Assembly (NCBI RefSeq): GCF_006345805.1
Contig: NC_043002.1
Span: 84,754,001 to 84,818,000 of the forward strand
Source: Octopus sinensis
Taxonomy: Eukaryota
DNA: 64,000 bases
Reading direction: 5' to 3'
Shown: in pieces, positions 12,465 to 26,339 of the stretch
Position numbering within the stretch: position 1 is the first letter of the stretch
Layout of the letters: every line of letters begins with the position of its first letter
Made by a program: the position numbers and the translations under genes
The notes under the pieces: model-generated
Seen by the model: the letters and a program-made list of their open reading frames with translations, nothing else
The model's database searches: none
What the model was told of the DNA's origin: nothing

Positions 12465-13356
12465 TAGGGAGCTTGGGCTAAATTTGACAATTTGTATAAA
12501 AGGTAAAGAAAACAAAATATTCCAACCAGAAAATAAATGTATTTTGAAAAATGAAGAAATATCATCTTGATTATGGCTGGGTGATAACAGTTTACTCAAA
12601 GTAGTCGGTCTCAGCTTCCAGTACGGTCTCAAGAGGGATCCAGAACCTTGCTCATGTGTGTGCCACTGTGTCCTTGAGATGCTCTTCGAGTACCTCCTTG
12701 ATCTTGACCACCAGCTTGGTCTTGGTGTTGCAGGCAGAGCAGTTGGTGTCTTTCTCAACCGCGCCCCACGCATAATAATCGATGGGATTACAATTAGGCG
12801 AATTAGGAGGCCAGAAAGTGGGACTGGCAAAGCCGTAGTGATTCCCCGACAACCACTTCTGACTCTATCCGGAGGTATGGCAAGGAGCCGAATCCTACTG
12901 CTACAAATATTCCCTTTCAGTAGCAACCCTCTCCAGCCAGGATTTGATCATAGTTTACTGTAGTTTCACATAGCTGTCTGAATTGGTCATCAGTTGTTGG
13001 ATGAATTCCAGGGTGCAGATGCTGTCAGAACGCCTGCTGTGCCCTTTCCTGCTGGCCATAGCCTCGTAGTCTCTATTGCAGCTGTCCATGTCACGTTTTA
13101 CAGCTTTTACAGTACTCACAGAACCCTGAGCAGCAGTCATGATGTCAGCATTTTGATACCAGGTGCGAATCGTCATGATACAAATAACTATTTTCCAATA
13201 TTCAGATGGCTTGGAGTTCTCCATGTCAGCTAACTTTTTCGCAACTACAACTTTAATCCTTATGTTCTCCAGCACCGTTGACGGCACACCAATACATCAG
13301 ACTGTTTCTGTGAAAAGGAGACATAAAATAGAGTCGGATTTAGTCCCAACATTCTA
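12465..13356 (-). mobile_element. Internally deleted Tc1/mariner element, maT (DD37D)-like
   Basis: FWPPNSPNCNPIDYYAWGAVE motif; imperfect TIRs tagggagcttgggctaaatttgac / gtcggatttagtcccaacattcta; TA on both flanks. Subfamily call is from motif recall. Confidence 0.75.
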
Positions 13357-15179
13357 TATGCCTATGTTAAAATATAAGTTACTTATTACTCTGAATTATT
13401 TCTCTTACATCTTTTTTTCTTTACCTAGTATATATGAATCACAGTATGTGTATTATAACGACTAACACATACATTTCCACAATTCCCAACCGATTTTCCC
13501 CAAACTTTAAACGCACATTGCTTATGTTCCAAGGATGGTCATGCACTAAACATTTTACCCAGAGCTCCCGCGTAAATGGACCTAAATGGACATAGTCTTT
13601 TTGTATGTAAGGTCTTTTTAAATATTTTATTAAAAGTGAAAGGATTTTATCTATTTTTTTCGACTGTCCACCGGCCACGGTGATTAAATTGACTAGGAAC
13701 ACTGTACGCGATGAATATCCAATACCAAACAATCTTAATTTCCATATTTAAACTGCATTGAACTTTGGCAAGCTTACCTTTACCTATTCTGAGTTACTTG
13801 AAAGGTGATGTTCCCTTCTCTCTCTTCTGTTTGTTGATACCTTTGTTTACCTACCAATGCATTGTTTCATTTTAAAGCTACTTATTTACCCATCCATTAT
13901 GATATTTCAACTGTTGTCCATTGTTTCAAATACGTCTTAGCATTGTCGTTCTAGCCTTTTTTAAACAATCACATATGACTCGTCCCAAAGAAACAACCTT
14001 TAAATATGAGTTTTGCTTCCACTAACGAAAGCTATAGGTATCTTTCAGAAAGCTTCATACCTATTTAACTTTATGCAGCATTCGCTATTAGTTTATGCGC
14101 AGGCTATGTGGGAAGACAGAATAAAGGAGATTTTGTTAACTTATCTCTCCGAAAAAATAGCTCCCTTTGATGTTAAAAAAAAAAAAAAACTCGCAGAGGG
14201 AAACTTTCAACGTCTTCCTTCAATTTCATTACACCATTTGTGTGGCTGCTTCTGACAAGAAATTTCGCTTTCATGTAAGACAACTATATTTTGTAGTCAT
14301 TATCCATAATCTACACCCCAAAACACTTCAGTAGCTCTACTTTGCATTACTTGCAAACTTATATGTTCTATGATCATTAAAGTGTAACGACCTCCACAGT
14401 AACCAACCTTCAGTTTGATTTTCCGTTCCTAGGTTAATCAGAAACATAGATTCCCGTGCTACTCATAAACCTTCTCAGTAGTTCAATTATTTGGTGAAAA
14501 AAATACCACCAAAGTAACTCATACCATCCAAAGGACGGGTGCGTTTGCTAGTATATAATAAATATCTACTCGCTATGATTTGGTCCAGTACAAAATGCAC
14601 AGAATGAAATGAGAGGACGGAGCGAAAGTGCTACATGAGCAGGCGCAAAATTATCTCACACAAAGAATGTTGAAAATCTCTAAAGTGTTCCACTGCGCAA
14701 GACATAAGCGTTTCGTTGGTTATGGTTGCCCGTTTAGTTGTAGCATTATTGATCGCCTGCTTCTTTAAACGAAATATCTCTACAGTAAACACTCATATAC
14801 AGTGTCCACGTTACGCGGACTGCACACAACGCGTGCCCCACTCTATACAACTGGCTTAAGATATAAGTTAATATAATACATCAAACGAAATTAGGATGTT
14901 TGTCGGAAACATATAACTATTATCCGCATACATGTAGTTAATTGACACTCATATCTCATATAAAAATCAGATAAATACATACGTGACTTATATTCATACA
15001 TACATACATACATACATACATACATACATACATACATACATACATACATACGTACATATATTTATACACATATATATGTTCCTACATAATGCATACATAT
15101 ACATATATTTATACACACACATATATGCACACACACACACACACACGCACACACATTAACCTTCAATTTCTTTCCACTT

Positions 15180-15690
15180 GTTAATGTTTTGGTTGTTCTC
15201 TGTTCAATTATTTTACATGTCCCAATGTGTCCGCAGTTTAGTACCTATGCTATTTCTTCTTCTGATAGGAATTTTAACTTTGTTAGTCCTTGAAGATTTG
15301 GTGGTTTTCTTCGGCTGTTGATAATTTATGATTCTTTAATAATTTTTCTGCCATTCGATGGTTGATGCAGAATTGGAAGGTATCATTTGGGTGAATTTAA
15401 GGAGTTATGATTTCTGGGATTATGGGTTACTACGAATGAATATTTATGCTTACGTTTATGTTTTCGCCCTTATTGTGAGCGTTTCTCCTTGAGACAGAGA
15501 CTGGAATCTCTTTTGCCTTAGTTACGGCAATATTTGCCAAGTTTTGTGATAATTTTGTCTCTGAAGGAAAATATTTAGTTCTACCAGCCGTCTCTCTCGT
15601 CTATTTGTCTTCGTAACTATTAAACATGTGTCTTGCTACATTAAAAGGGATGTTCCTTTTAGTATAGGACAGGTGGAAAGATCTATAGTC
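15180..15690 (-). pseudogene. Penelope-like element ORF remnant (post-RT region)
   Basis: Across frameshifts: NIPFNVAR..., RRLVELNIFLQRQNY, VTHNPRN, which match PLE thumb/linker motifs. Confidence 0.6.
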
Positions 15691-16181
15691 TAAGTATCAG
15701 CATGAGCCGCCTGTATCCTTGCAGTAAGATCGAGTGTAACCTTTTCATTTTCCTTACCCGCTTAACATTTACACACACCCAGAAATCACACCCACAGTTA
15801 CAATTGTTAATGCCTCGAAACCAAATTTACATATTAATACATACATACAACCATCAAACATATACGCAAACGTCTCCTCCTATTTGAGTGCTACGAAATA
15901 CATACACGTTCTAGGACATGCGCTTGTACAGACCTATCTTCCTTCATTGCTTTGGCCTAGAACCTTTCATGTTTCCCGTTTTTCTTTCCCACCCCCTTTT
16001 TCTCCATAATCATTTTATCATTACAATAATTTTTTTCACACACTTATTCATTCTCTCTTTTTCTTCTTCTCATTTCTTATATTTCCTTTTTACTTCCTTT
16101 TCTATATGAAGAAAGCTTAGTCAGACACTCCTTACTCCTTTTAAGCGTTAAACCAATACAGCATTTGTCGTACCGTCATCT

Positions 16182-16231
<50 letters not shown>

Positions 16232-16698
16232 ATACAACTTAAATCCTTCATTTATTAAAATCATCTCCACTTCTAGAGGCTGTATCCTAACTACTGAATG
16301 GCAAAGAAGGTATGCTCCACACGAGAAGGGGAGATTATCTTAAAACTCAAGAACTCTCCAAAGTTAGCAAGCCATTAAAGCCATTAAAGGAAAGAACAGT
16401 CTTATTGTCTGAAGATAAGAGGAAGAAGAAGTAGAGATAAGAGGAAGTGTGCCAGGCTTAAAAGGAGTCAACAGTTCTACAATTGTCCAATCTTATCGCT
16501 ATTAGTCAAGGGACTTAGTCTTTCTTACACACGCGCGCGCGCACACACACACACACATTATACAACTCACAAGTATTTATATGTCGCTTGTGCACGTGGC
16601 TTTGTATATTTTTAAATGTTTATGTATGTGTATTATATATACATAGTAGTAGTTCATATCTGCATATACTATTTTTGACGTTACATTTCTTAGTAACA

Positions 16699-17231
16699 CA
16701 GGGTGATTAAAAAGTAACTCCCTAGTTTAAAATACTTATACATTATTCATTAATTGTAATTTTCACAAAAAGCTGGATATGAGAGGAAAGCTTTTGGTAT
16801 GAAGTTTTATTTAAAATTCGATATGGGCTCCAGATGTCGCCATCAGCTTCTTGAGTCGCCTAGGAATTGCGTCAACTGATTTCACCAGAATCTCTGGTTG
16901 CATGGAAGACATAACTTCTCGTATTCGCCCTTCAAGTTCTTCCAAAGTCTTTGGTTTGGTACAGCAGACTTATTCCTTTAACCAACCTCAAACAAATCAC
17001 AAGGTGTTAAGTCAGGACTCGTGGTTAGACACTCATGTGGACCGCGATGACCCATCCATCTCCTGGGGAATTGGGCATTCAGCCATTCGAGAACGACAAG
17101 AACAAAATGTGGAGGGGCGCCATCTTGCATGAAAATTAAATCTTCACTATTCTCCCAAGTACTGATAATTGACCAAATCTCATCTTGCAGCATAATGAAG
17201 TACCATAAAGAGTTACTTTTCAATCATCCTG
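16699..17231 (-). mobile_element. Deletion derivative of a rosa/DD41D-like Tc1/mariner element
   Basis: FMQDGAPPH...FPRRWMGHRGP...SPDLTPCD; TIR cagggtgattaaaaagtaactc / gagttacttttcaatcatcctg. Confidence 0.75.
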
Positions 17232-17694
17232 CACTTTGTCTGAAATATTTGGCATGGACGCAGTCGTGATTTTTCATTTATTTTTTCGCATTTCGTAATG
17301 CATGTTTATTTGCATCTATAAAATGGGACAGCTTAGACACAGGAGTAAAGTGCAAAAGCGTTATCCGATTACGTTTTATATCATAGCATATGCATATACC
17401 TTGATGAAAGTTTCATACAAATTGGGTGTTAATCCACTTTCGAACATCATGTAGCAGTTTCACTTTAGGAACTTTTCGCCTAATACAATTTTACTTCGGG
17501 TTGTCAACCACATAAAACAGCTACACGACCCCGTTTGCTTTTTATACTTTTATGCTCAACTAAAGTATCAAACTTTCTAAATCTATATGTATCTATATAT
17601 GTATGAATGTATGTATGTATGTATGTATGTATGTATGTATGTATGTATGTATGTATGTATGTATGTATGTGTATGTATGTATGTGTGTGTATTA

Positions 17695-17725
<31 letters not shown>

Positions 17726-17806
17726 TGTGTGTATATATGTGTGTGTATTAATATGTATGTATGTATGTATATATATATGTATGTGTGTATATATGTGTGT
17801 GTATTA

Positions 17807-17837
<31 letters not shown>

Positions 17838-17877
17838 TGTATGTATGTATGTATGTATGTATGTATGTATAATATAT

Positions 17878-18022
17878 ACACGACAGGCTTCTTTCAGTTT
17901 CTGGCTACGAAACTCAATGACAAGGCTTTGGTCAGCTCGAGGCTGTAGTAGAAGACATCGCTCAAGTTACCGGAACCATGTGGTCGGGAAGCAAACTTCT
18001 CACCACACAGTCATGCCTGTGT
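17878..18022 (-). mobile_element. SINE A, 5' half
   Basis: Homology to other family A copies. Confidence 0.8.
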
Positions 18023-18169
18023 CTATGCACACGCGCGCGCACACACACACACGTACACACATACACGCACATATACTTTTTTGATGCGACCGCAACCGAC
18101 GAGAATCAACGGTGCGCCCAGAATAACAGTCATCTCTGCTATTATGACATCAATGTGAAAGGTCTTCTA

Positions 18170-18385
18170 GGCGGTTAGCTGGCACGGTCGTTACCATGCC
18201 GGGTAAAATGCTTAGCCGCATTTTGTCCGTCTTTACGTTCTGAGTTCTAATTCTGCCGAAGTTGACTTAGTTTTCCATCCTTCGGGATCAATAAAATAAG
18301 TACCAGCAAAGCATTGGGTTCATTGTAATCGATTTACCTCCGAATATGCTGGCCTTATGCCAAATTTCGTAACCAATACGTATGG
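18170..18385 (+). mobile_element. SINE B, tail type 2, diverged
   Basis: Head and Meta-like body homologous to family B. Confidence 0.7.
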
Positions 18386-18821
18386 TCTTCGTTTTTCATT
18401 AGTGAGCGGAAGTCTCCAAATACAGTCTCTAATTTAGGCGCAAAGTTAGTAATTTTGAGTCTACCGCAAAACAAAATTACCTAATCTACCTCAGTACTAA
18501 ATTAGCATTAAACAGAGGCTTGAAGAAGCAGCTCACCACTGTGGGGTTTGATCTCAGATTGTAAAGAATCACTTACTAGTATATTTTAAACGTTCTAACG
18601 ATTTTGCCTGTCCAACATTGTTCTGATGTCTCCGCAATATAATATCTAATATGGCTTGTTGTTCAGGAGAACAGCAATTGTTGCGTAAGTTAAATTTATC
18701 AATGAATCACCTCTTTGGTCTTGTGATCAGGCTCTGTTTTGTTTTGAGCCTTCAGAAACCTGGTGAACGTATCAAGAGGGCGATCTTGGAGGACTTTCTT
18801 AATATTTGAAATTACATACAC

Positions 18822-19037
18822 ATACTCTTTACTCTTTTATTCTTTTACTTGTTTCATTCATTTGACTGTGACCATGCTGGATAACCGCCTTTAGTCGAGC
18901 AAATCTACCTCAGGACTTATTCATTGTAAGTCTAATACTTATTTTATCGGTCTCTTTTGCCGAACCGCTAAGTTACGGAGACGTAAACACACCAGCATCG
19001 GTTGTCAAGCAATGTTGGGGGGACAAACATACATACA

Positions 19038-19069
<32 letters not shown>

Positions 19070-19084
19070 CACATACATACATAC

Positions 19085-19157
<73 letters not shown>

Positions 19158-19505
19158 AAAGTTTTACGAATAAAACAAAAGACGAAGACAGGTGGTGTAC
19201 AAAACAAACAGATGTATTAGTATAACGCTCAGGAATAGAAAAAGTCTTTTACGTTTCGAGCCTACGCTCTTCTACAGAAAGGTACACGGAAAAAACATGG
19301 AGAGAAAAAATGTGTGTAGTGGCTATACATATATACGACGGGCTTCTTTCAGTTTCCGTCTACCAAATCCACTCACAAGGCTTTGGTCGGCCCGAGGCTA
19401 TAGTAGAAGACACTTGCCCAAGGTGCCACGCAGTGGGACTGAACCCGGAACCATGTGGCTGGTAAGCAAGCTACGTACCACGCAGCCGCTCCTACACCTA
19501 TGCAC
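18822..19505 (-). mobile_element. SINE A split by an insertion in its internal microsatellite
   Basis: 3' half at 18822-19025 and 5' half at 19330-19505. Confidence 0.85.
19155..19325 (-). mobile_element. PLE-derived terminal-repeat-like insert with hammerhead-like motif (19246-19281)
   Basis: Minus strand: cttt CTGTAGA a gagc-gtag-gctc GAAAC GTA aaag. Confidence 0.6.
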
Positions 19506-19547
19506 TCAGACACACAATCTATTCTTTGGACACATTTATTACTATGG

Positions 19548-19875
19548 AACTGGCACCCCATCGGTTACAACGACGAGGGTTCCAGATGATCCGATCAACG
19601 GAACAACCTTCTCGTGAAATTATCGTGCAAATGGTTGAACACTCCGCAGACACGTGTACCCTTAATGTAGTTCTCGGGGGAGATTCAACGTGACACAGAG
19701 TGTGAGAAGGCCGGTCCTTTGAAATATAGGTACTATTTATGTTTTTTCAGTTGAGTGGACTAGAACAAGGGGAAATAAAGTGTCTTGCTCAAGGACACAA
19801 CGCGTCGCCAGGAATTGAACTCATGGTCTTACTATCATGAGCCGAATACCCTAACCACTAAGCCACGAGCCCTCA
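19548..19875 (-). mobile_element. SINE family D (tRNA-like head, CORE-like segment)
   Basis: Minus-strand head gtggcttagtggtt...gagttcaattcc, then gtgtccttgagcaagacact. Confidence 0.75.
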
Positions 19876-20335
19876 CATTATTATATAGATTTATTACAAT
19901 AATATTACTCTATAGATTTGTTATATAATACAATCGTAATCTTTCGACTCATTATTATATATCTATAATATAATGAATTCGTATACTTTCGACTTATTAC
20001 GTATTATGGAATAATATATTACGGTATTACTATTATATATGTTAAGATATTATTGCATTTATTCGAGTACAATGCAGTCTCGAATGAAATGTGAGTCTCA
20101 TCTTTTGTAGCTAAAATATTTTGTTAATATATTTTATCTTCTTAACGTTTTTCGTTCCTTTTTTTTAACACTCAAATGCAATGCACACCACCGCCGAATT
20201 TTGAATCTGATGTTTTGTATTAAATTTCTCCTATTACACACACGACCAAATAGATAAGAAATTATATTTTATATAATTTTCATGTGTGAGTGCCCGTGTG
20301 CGTAAACATTTGTGAAGATATTTGCATGTGTAATT

Positions 20336-20339
<4 letters not shown>

Positions 20340-20378
<39 letters not shown>

Positions 20379-20402
20379 TGTGTGTGTGGTGTAGTATATA
20401 TA

Positions 20403-20442
<40 letters not shown>

Positions 20443-20570
20443 CATACATATATATATATTGTGTATTATATATATTATATATATATATTATATATACATA
20501 CATATTATATATAATATATATATATATATTGTGTGTATATATATATATATTTGTGTATTATATATATATA

Positions 20571-20615
<45 letters not shown>

Positions 20616-21057
20616 CATACATACAGATATATTTATACATGCGTAGAAAATGTATACACACACTCTCTCTCTTCTCTTTCCTTCTCTCTCTCTCTCTCTC
20701 TCTCACACACAACACAAACACATAATCTATCCTTTAACCTAAACACTCATATAAAAACATTGCTGCTTACACACATGGGACCACAGAACATATACACTTC
20801 TTCAGATGCAGACATAGATACTCTTTCTTACTCTCCCTATTACTCTCCTATTTACATTACTACGCGTATATATGCCGATATATATACGTATAAAACACTC
20901 TCTTATTCTCGTTTTCACAAATATACACAACATGAACATATCTGTTATGTGTACATCCTTGACAATGCATTCATACATACATACGTACTTACATACATAC
21001 ATACATACATACATACACACAAACATACATACATACATACATACATACATGCATGCA

Positions 21058-21088
<31 letters not shown>

Positions 21089-21186
21089 GTAAATACAAAC
21101 ACACACACTCACATATATACATACATATATATATATAAACACACAAACGCACATATATATCCATATATATACATTACAACACACCA

Positions 21187-21253
<67 letters not shown>

Positions 21254-21361
21254 ACATACACACAACACGCATATAAACGGATACACATATATACGTATAC
21301 ATAAAACCAGGCTGAAAATTTTGCTGTTTTTATCGAATATTACACACAGGCACACACACAC

Positions 21362-21438
<77 letters not shown>

Positions 21439-21640
21439 CATATATATGTATATATATATACATAAATATATATATATATACATATATATGTATATATATA
21501 AGTACGTATATATATAATATATGCATATATATATTATATATATATATAATCATACATATGTATATGTATATGTGTGTATATATGTGTATATGTGTATGTG
21601 TGTGTATGTGTGGTGTTTGTGTATGTGTGTGTGTTTAAAA
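20340..21640. repeat. Microsatellite-dominated block
   Basis: Seen directly. Confidence 0.9.
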
Positions 21641-22055
21641 TATTTACATGATATGAGTTTCCTAAATGTATAGTTTTTTTCACTGCATGAAAAAAGTTAT
21701 TAAAAATTATTTGTAGTTTTTTTTTTTCCTTATCAATATCATATCTTTTGTTTTTCTGTCATTCTTTTGCATCTTAACTGAAATGCGAACTACATCCTTC
21801 GTAATAGAGGTAATAGGAAAACCTGGCAGGTGAAACGAGTACAGGAAATATTTTTCATCTTGAAATTCTCTTGCTGCAAAAAAAAAAAACAAAAACAAAA
21901 AACAAAAAACAAAAAAAAAAAGCAAAAACAAAACAAAAACAAATCATAAAGCAAGACTTGAAATAATGTATGTAAGAAGTAAAATAAGCATAAATAGATA
22001 GATAGATTGATAGATAGAGAGATAGATGGATTGAGAGGTAGACAAATACAGATAT

Positions 22056-22106
<51 letters not shown>

Positions 22107-22218
22107 GTTTATATATACATGTATATTTACACAATAGATTTATATATATATATATATACACATATATATTATATATGTATGTATATATATATATATATTA
22201 TGTATGTATGTATGTATG

Positions 22219-22286
<68 letters not shown>

Positions 22287-22569
22287 ATATATATGCATAT
22301 ACATATGTATACATTTACATACATACTCACACACGCACACACATATATTGCCTTTGGATTACATATTTTCCAGTAGATACAAAAACTTCTGCGAAAGTTA
22401 AGATATGAAGAAAGATCGAACTCTCTTGGAAATCAGTAGAATGTCTCTAATTTTACTTATCACAGAGGAATCACCACTAGGCTATTTATTCGCACTTACT
22501 GATGTACAATACTGCATGTTAACTTCGTGATTCAATCATCATTACTTTCGCAAATATGTCGAAATTTAT

Positions 22570-22612
22570 CTGTCACTGAGGAGGTGTTACAAAACCGAAA
22601 CGTATTCGGGAT
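22570..22612 (+). ncRNA. Degenerate hammerhead motif
   Basis: CTGAGGA ggt-gttacaaa-acc GAAAC GTA; stem I is poorly paired. Confidence 0.35.
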
Positions 22613-22979
22613 TGTCTCACATACTTGCGTTACTGATTAAGCTATTTTTTTACTTGCTAATGGGTGTTTGAAATTAGATTTTTGATTCTCACTATTTTAG
22701 ACGTGTAACAGTAAAGTATAACTATTGCTTTTCATGTGAATGGCTTCCTGAATAATTAATTTCAGAAATGTATGTTTTAAAATATGTTAATTGTTCTTAC
22801 GTGTTCGTGTAAAACATTTTACTTTTACTTAGTGATCTCCCAACTACTCTAGTCAGTACTATGACGCCTACTTTCGCTGAGGAACACTAATAAGACCGAA
22901 TTTTGTCCAGTTTTGTATTTCAATTTCATTTGATAAAGCTTGCTCAGATTTGCCTGACCCTAGGTCGTCAGGGTAACAC

Positions 22980-24405
22980 AGAGTTGTTCACGCACATTTA
23001 ACCGATGAAGAATTCTGACTAACTGCCCACCCGTACATATCCATGTCGAGATATCCATACGAGTGTATCAATAATGTGTTCCCGTTTAGCTCTTCAGAAA
23101 TATCCAACAACATACACTTGCCTTTCTAATGACATGGCATAATTGATTGCAACACGACTGTCTTACAGTCATTCTTTAGTCGGATGCCTTCTCCATAAGA
23201 TATTCAGAACAGAATATAACATACGGCTGTAAGTACCACAATCCTTGCTTCCATGTGTTTGGTGAGAGTCCATACGGTAGGGTCGCACATCACTAAATCT
23301 ACAATTGCACGGAAGAAGCCTCTCTGAAGATCATTTTGTTGTTGTTGTTGTTGTTGTTTGTTCCTTCTCGAACCATGCCTGACTCACAAGGGCCGGTTTC
23401 CCGGTTTCCTTGGTGCATAGGTTCCCCACATGGAAGGGACACCAGTCCGTTGCAGATGAGCTGCAAGATGCAGGAGGAAAGAGTGAGAGAAAGTTGTGGT
23501 GAAAGAGTCAGCAGAAGTTCGTCATTACCTTCTGCCGGAGCCGCGTGGAGCTTAGGTGTTTCGCTCATAAACACACACATCGCCCGGTCTGAGATTCGAA
23601 CCCGCGATCCCTCGACCGCGAAGCTGCTGCTCTAACCACTAGGCCATGTGCCTCTATTGAAGATCATTAGGTAGCAATGATTTCCAGATGACATAGAGGC
23701 CATTAAGAACAGCCTAAGTTGTCATGGCAAATATTTTTTTTTTGTCTGTAACTGCGATGTTACTTCCAAAGTATTTCATGAAATACTTCTTAAAGTACTT
23801 TTAAGTAGTATTCTTCTTCAGATTTTAAAAGGTTTTGTTTGATTGTGCTTATTGAACTCTCGATAGCAGATGTATTCAAACTTTGTGAAACTGACATAAA
23901 GACCAATATCGTCTAGCGCTGTTTTATGATCATGTCGAAAGGTGATAAACATCTAAACTGGTGTCTGCGAAGAAAGCGTCATCATCGGCATAATAAGTGT
24001 CCTATATTTTTGTGATTGGGCAATGAGAGCAGGTGTCAATCGAAGTGAAAAGTATGTAGTTTTGGCAGATGATAAACACGAGTGATGCTTGCAAAACACC
24101 TGAACTGACAACACAAATCGATATCTTCTTTAGGTGATTGTAATTTAGCTCTCGTATTCTTGTAGAGTGCCATTACTACTGCAACTCCTTCTAAATGTAT
24201 TACTAGAAGGAGTTATTCTATTTTTCATTGGTGGACAGAGTCAATGAATTTTCGGGAAGTTGATAAACAGTAAAACTCCTTGTTGATCTTACTCTTTCAA
24301 TGATTCTTTTGGCTGTTAAGATTTGTCCAACAGTAGACCAATTTTCCGTAAACCCATTTTGGATTTTTCACATGATTTTATCGAGTTATCACTTTTCTTT
24401 TATTA
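22980..24405 (-). pseudogene. Decayed RTE-clade LINE interrupted by SINE E
   Basis: Across frameshifts: QNG...ST.GQILT.KRIIE and GTYSRMLYSVLNILWRRHPTKE. Confidence 0.7.
23330..23654 (-). mobile_element. SINE family E (tRNA-like head, (AAC)n tail)
   Basis: Minus-strand head tggcctagtggtt...ggttcgaatc; head is homologous to 34269-34400. Confidence 0.85.
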
Positions 24406-24795
24406 TTTTATTCTTTTAGCTGTTTCAGTTATTTGACTGGGGCCATACTGGAGTACCACCATTTGGTCGAAGAAATCTACCTCTGGACTTATTCTTTGTA
24501 AGCCTATTACTTATTCTATCGGTTTCTTCTGAGAACCGCTAAGTTACGGCGATGTAAGCGCACTAACATCGGTTGTCAAGTGATGGGATGGACAAACAAA
24601 GACACACACATAAATATATACATATATATATACGACGGGCTTCCTTCAATTTCCGTCTACCAAATCTACTCACAAGGCTTTGGTCGGCTCGAGGTTATGG
24701 TAGACGACACTTGCCCAAGGTGCCACGCAGTGGGACCGAACCCGGATCTATGTGGTTGGGAAGTAAGCTTCTTACCATATAACCTGCACCTATAT
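24405..24795 (-). mobile_element. SINE A
   Basis: Full-length homology to family A. Confidence 0.9.
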
Positions 24796-25831
24796 GTATT
24801 GTGCCTGTGTATTATTCAGCAACAATTTGTACATTTTTGCTGCTCTCAACTTTGTAATAATTTGAAAAAAGACTAAATTTGTGTATTCTATGCATCGCTT
24901 TCCTATTATTCCATAATTTCAAAATTCATATTTCTATTCTCATCAAATCTTGTGAAGAAATGATGATCTCCCTTGTAATAACTGCGACCACAAGTGGACC
25001 ACGGGGTGATGCAGCCAAAAATAAGCCTTCAGTGATTTTAGCCAGGCTAAATTTGTTTTTCAACCGTGTTTTGATTGTATACTGAAGGGGCATATTAATG
25101 AATGCTTCTGACATCCAGATTTAAGGCCAGCCACTTTCCTGTTTGGTCCATTTCAGGATTCAGCAAGTTCATCCAATGTGAAAACAATTTCTATCGGTCT
25201 ATTGAGCATGCTGACGGTTTACCGAGAAGGTTCTAGAAATGTCCCACCCGTCTAGGCGCTCCTGCAGAGTTATATTTTCGCAATTTTGTAGTGGAGGAAA
25301 AATTACGAATAAGTAGAAATAATTTTACAGATATGTAGAAACAACCCCAAATGTTACGGAAACACTGCATTTCTGAAAATCTTACGGTGGCGTCAAATTT
25401 TGTAACGTAAAGCACATTCCCATTGGCTTTTGGCACATAGAATACGGCCACTAGCAAAGCATTTCGTGCTTTGGAATTCCGCATCACGGTAAGATTTCCA
25501 CGAAAGTAATGCAGGGAATGTTAGAAAAATTTCATTAGCAATTTGCCATGCCATAGCAGAGTGTTTACTGTTGCGTATACAATCAAATTTATTTTACTTC
25601 CAACATATTTTTATTGTTCAATTTTCCATGTGTACGTAGGATCTTGAATTTAATGATATTTTTTCAGGGAAGTTTGTTTAACTCTAAACGGGAGAGTCTC
25701 TTCAACTCATTACATTTCTCAGTAATTATTTCAGTCTTCTATGGGTCTTTTGATTTTAGTTTCGTCATTTCGTTAAAGAATTATCAGGGACCACTAACCT
25801 TTGTCTTCCAATCCTTTGAAAGTAAAATAGG

Positions 25832-26019
25832 TACAGGCGTGGCTACGTGGTAAGAAGCCTACTTCCCAACCACATGGTTCCAGGTTCAGTCCCACTACGT
25901 GGTACATGGGCAAGCCTCTTCCACTATAGACTCGGACCAACCAAAGCCTTGTGAGTGGATTTGGTAGACGGAAACTGAAAGAAGCCCGTAGTGTGTATAT
26001 ATATACATATATATATATG

Positions 26020-26066
<47 letters not shown>

Positions 26067-26278
26067 TTGTGCTTGCCCCCCCCCCGCCACCGTCGATTGA
26101 CAACCGATGCTGGTGTGTTTATGTCCCTGAAACCTAGCGGTTCGGCAAAGAAGACCGATAGAATAAGTACTAGGCTTACAAAGAATAAGTCCTGGGGTCG
26201 ATTTGCTCATCTAAAGGTGGTGCTCCATGGCCGCAGTGAAATGACTGAATCGTGTAAAAGAGTAAAAGAGAGTACAGA
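25832..26278 (+). mobile_element. SINE A
   Basis: Head ggttcagtcc B-box; tail gtaaaagagtaaaagag. Confidence 0.9.
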
Positions 26279-26339
26279 GTTAACTACTTATAGACGATTG
26301 CTCTATACTGGATTGTTATAGATAAACTGTACAATAAAT

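Noticed and set aside
14058-14102. 43-nt minus-strand exon with good splice signals
   Set aside because: Stop codons in all three frames; no other support.
24879-25500. Coding exon or transposase fragment
   Set aside because: Short ORFs with no motif I recognise in any frame.
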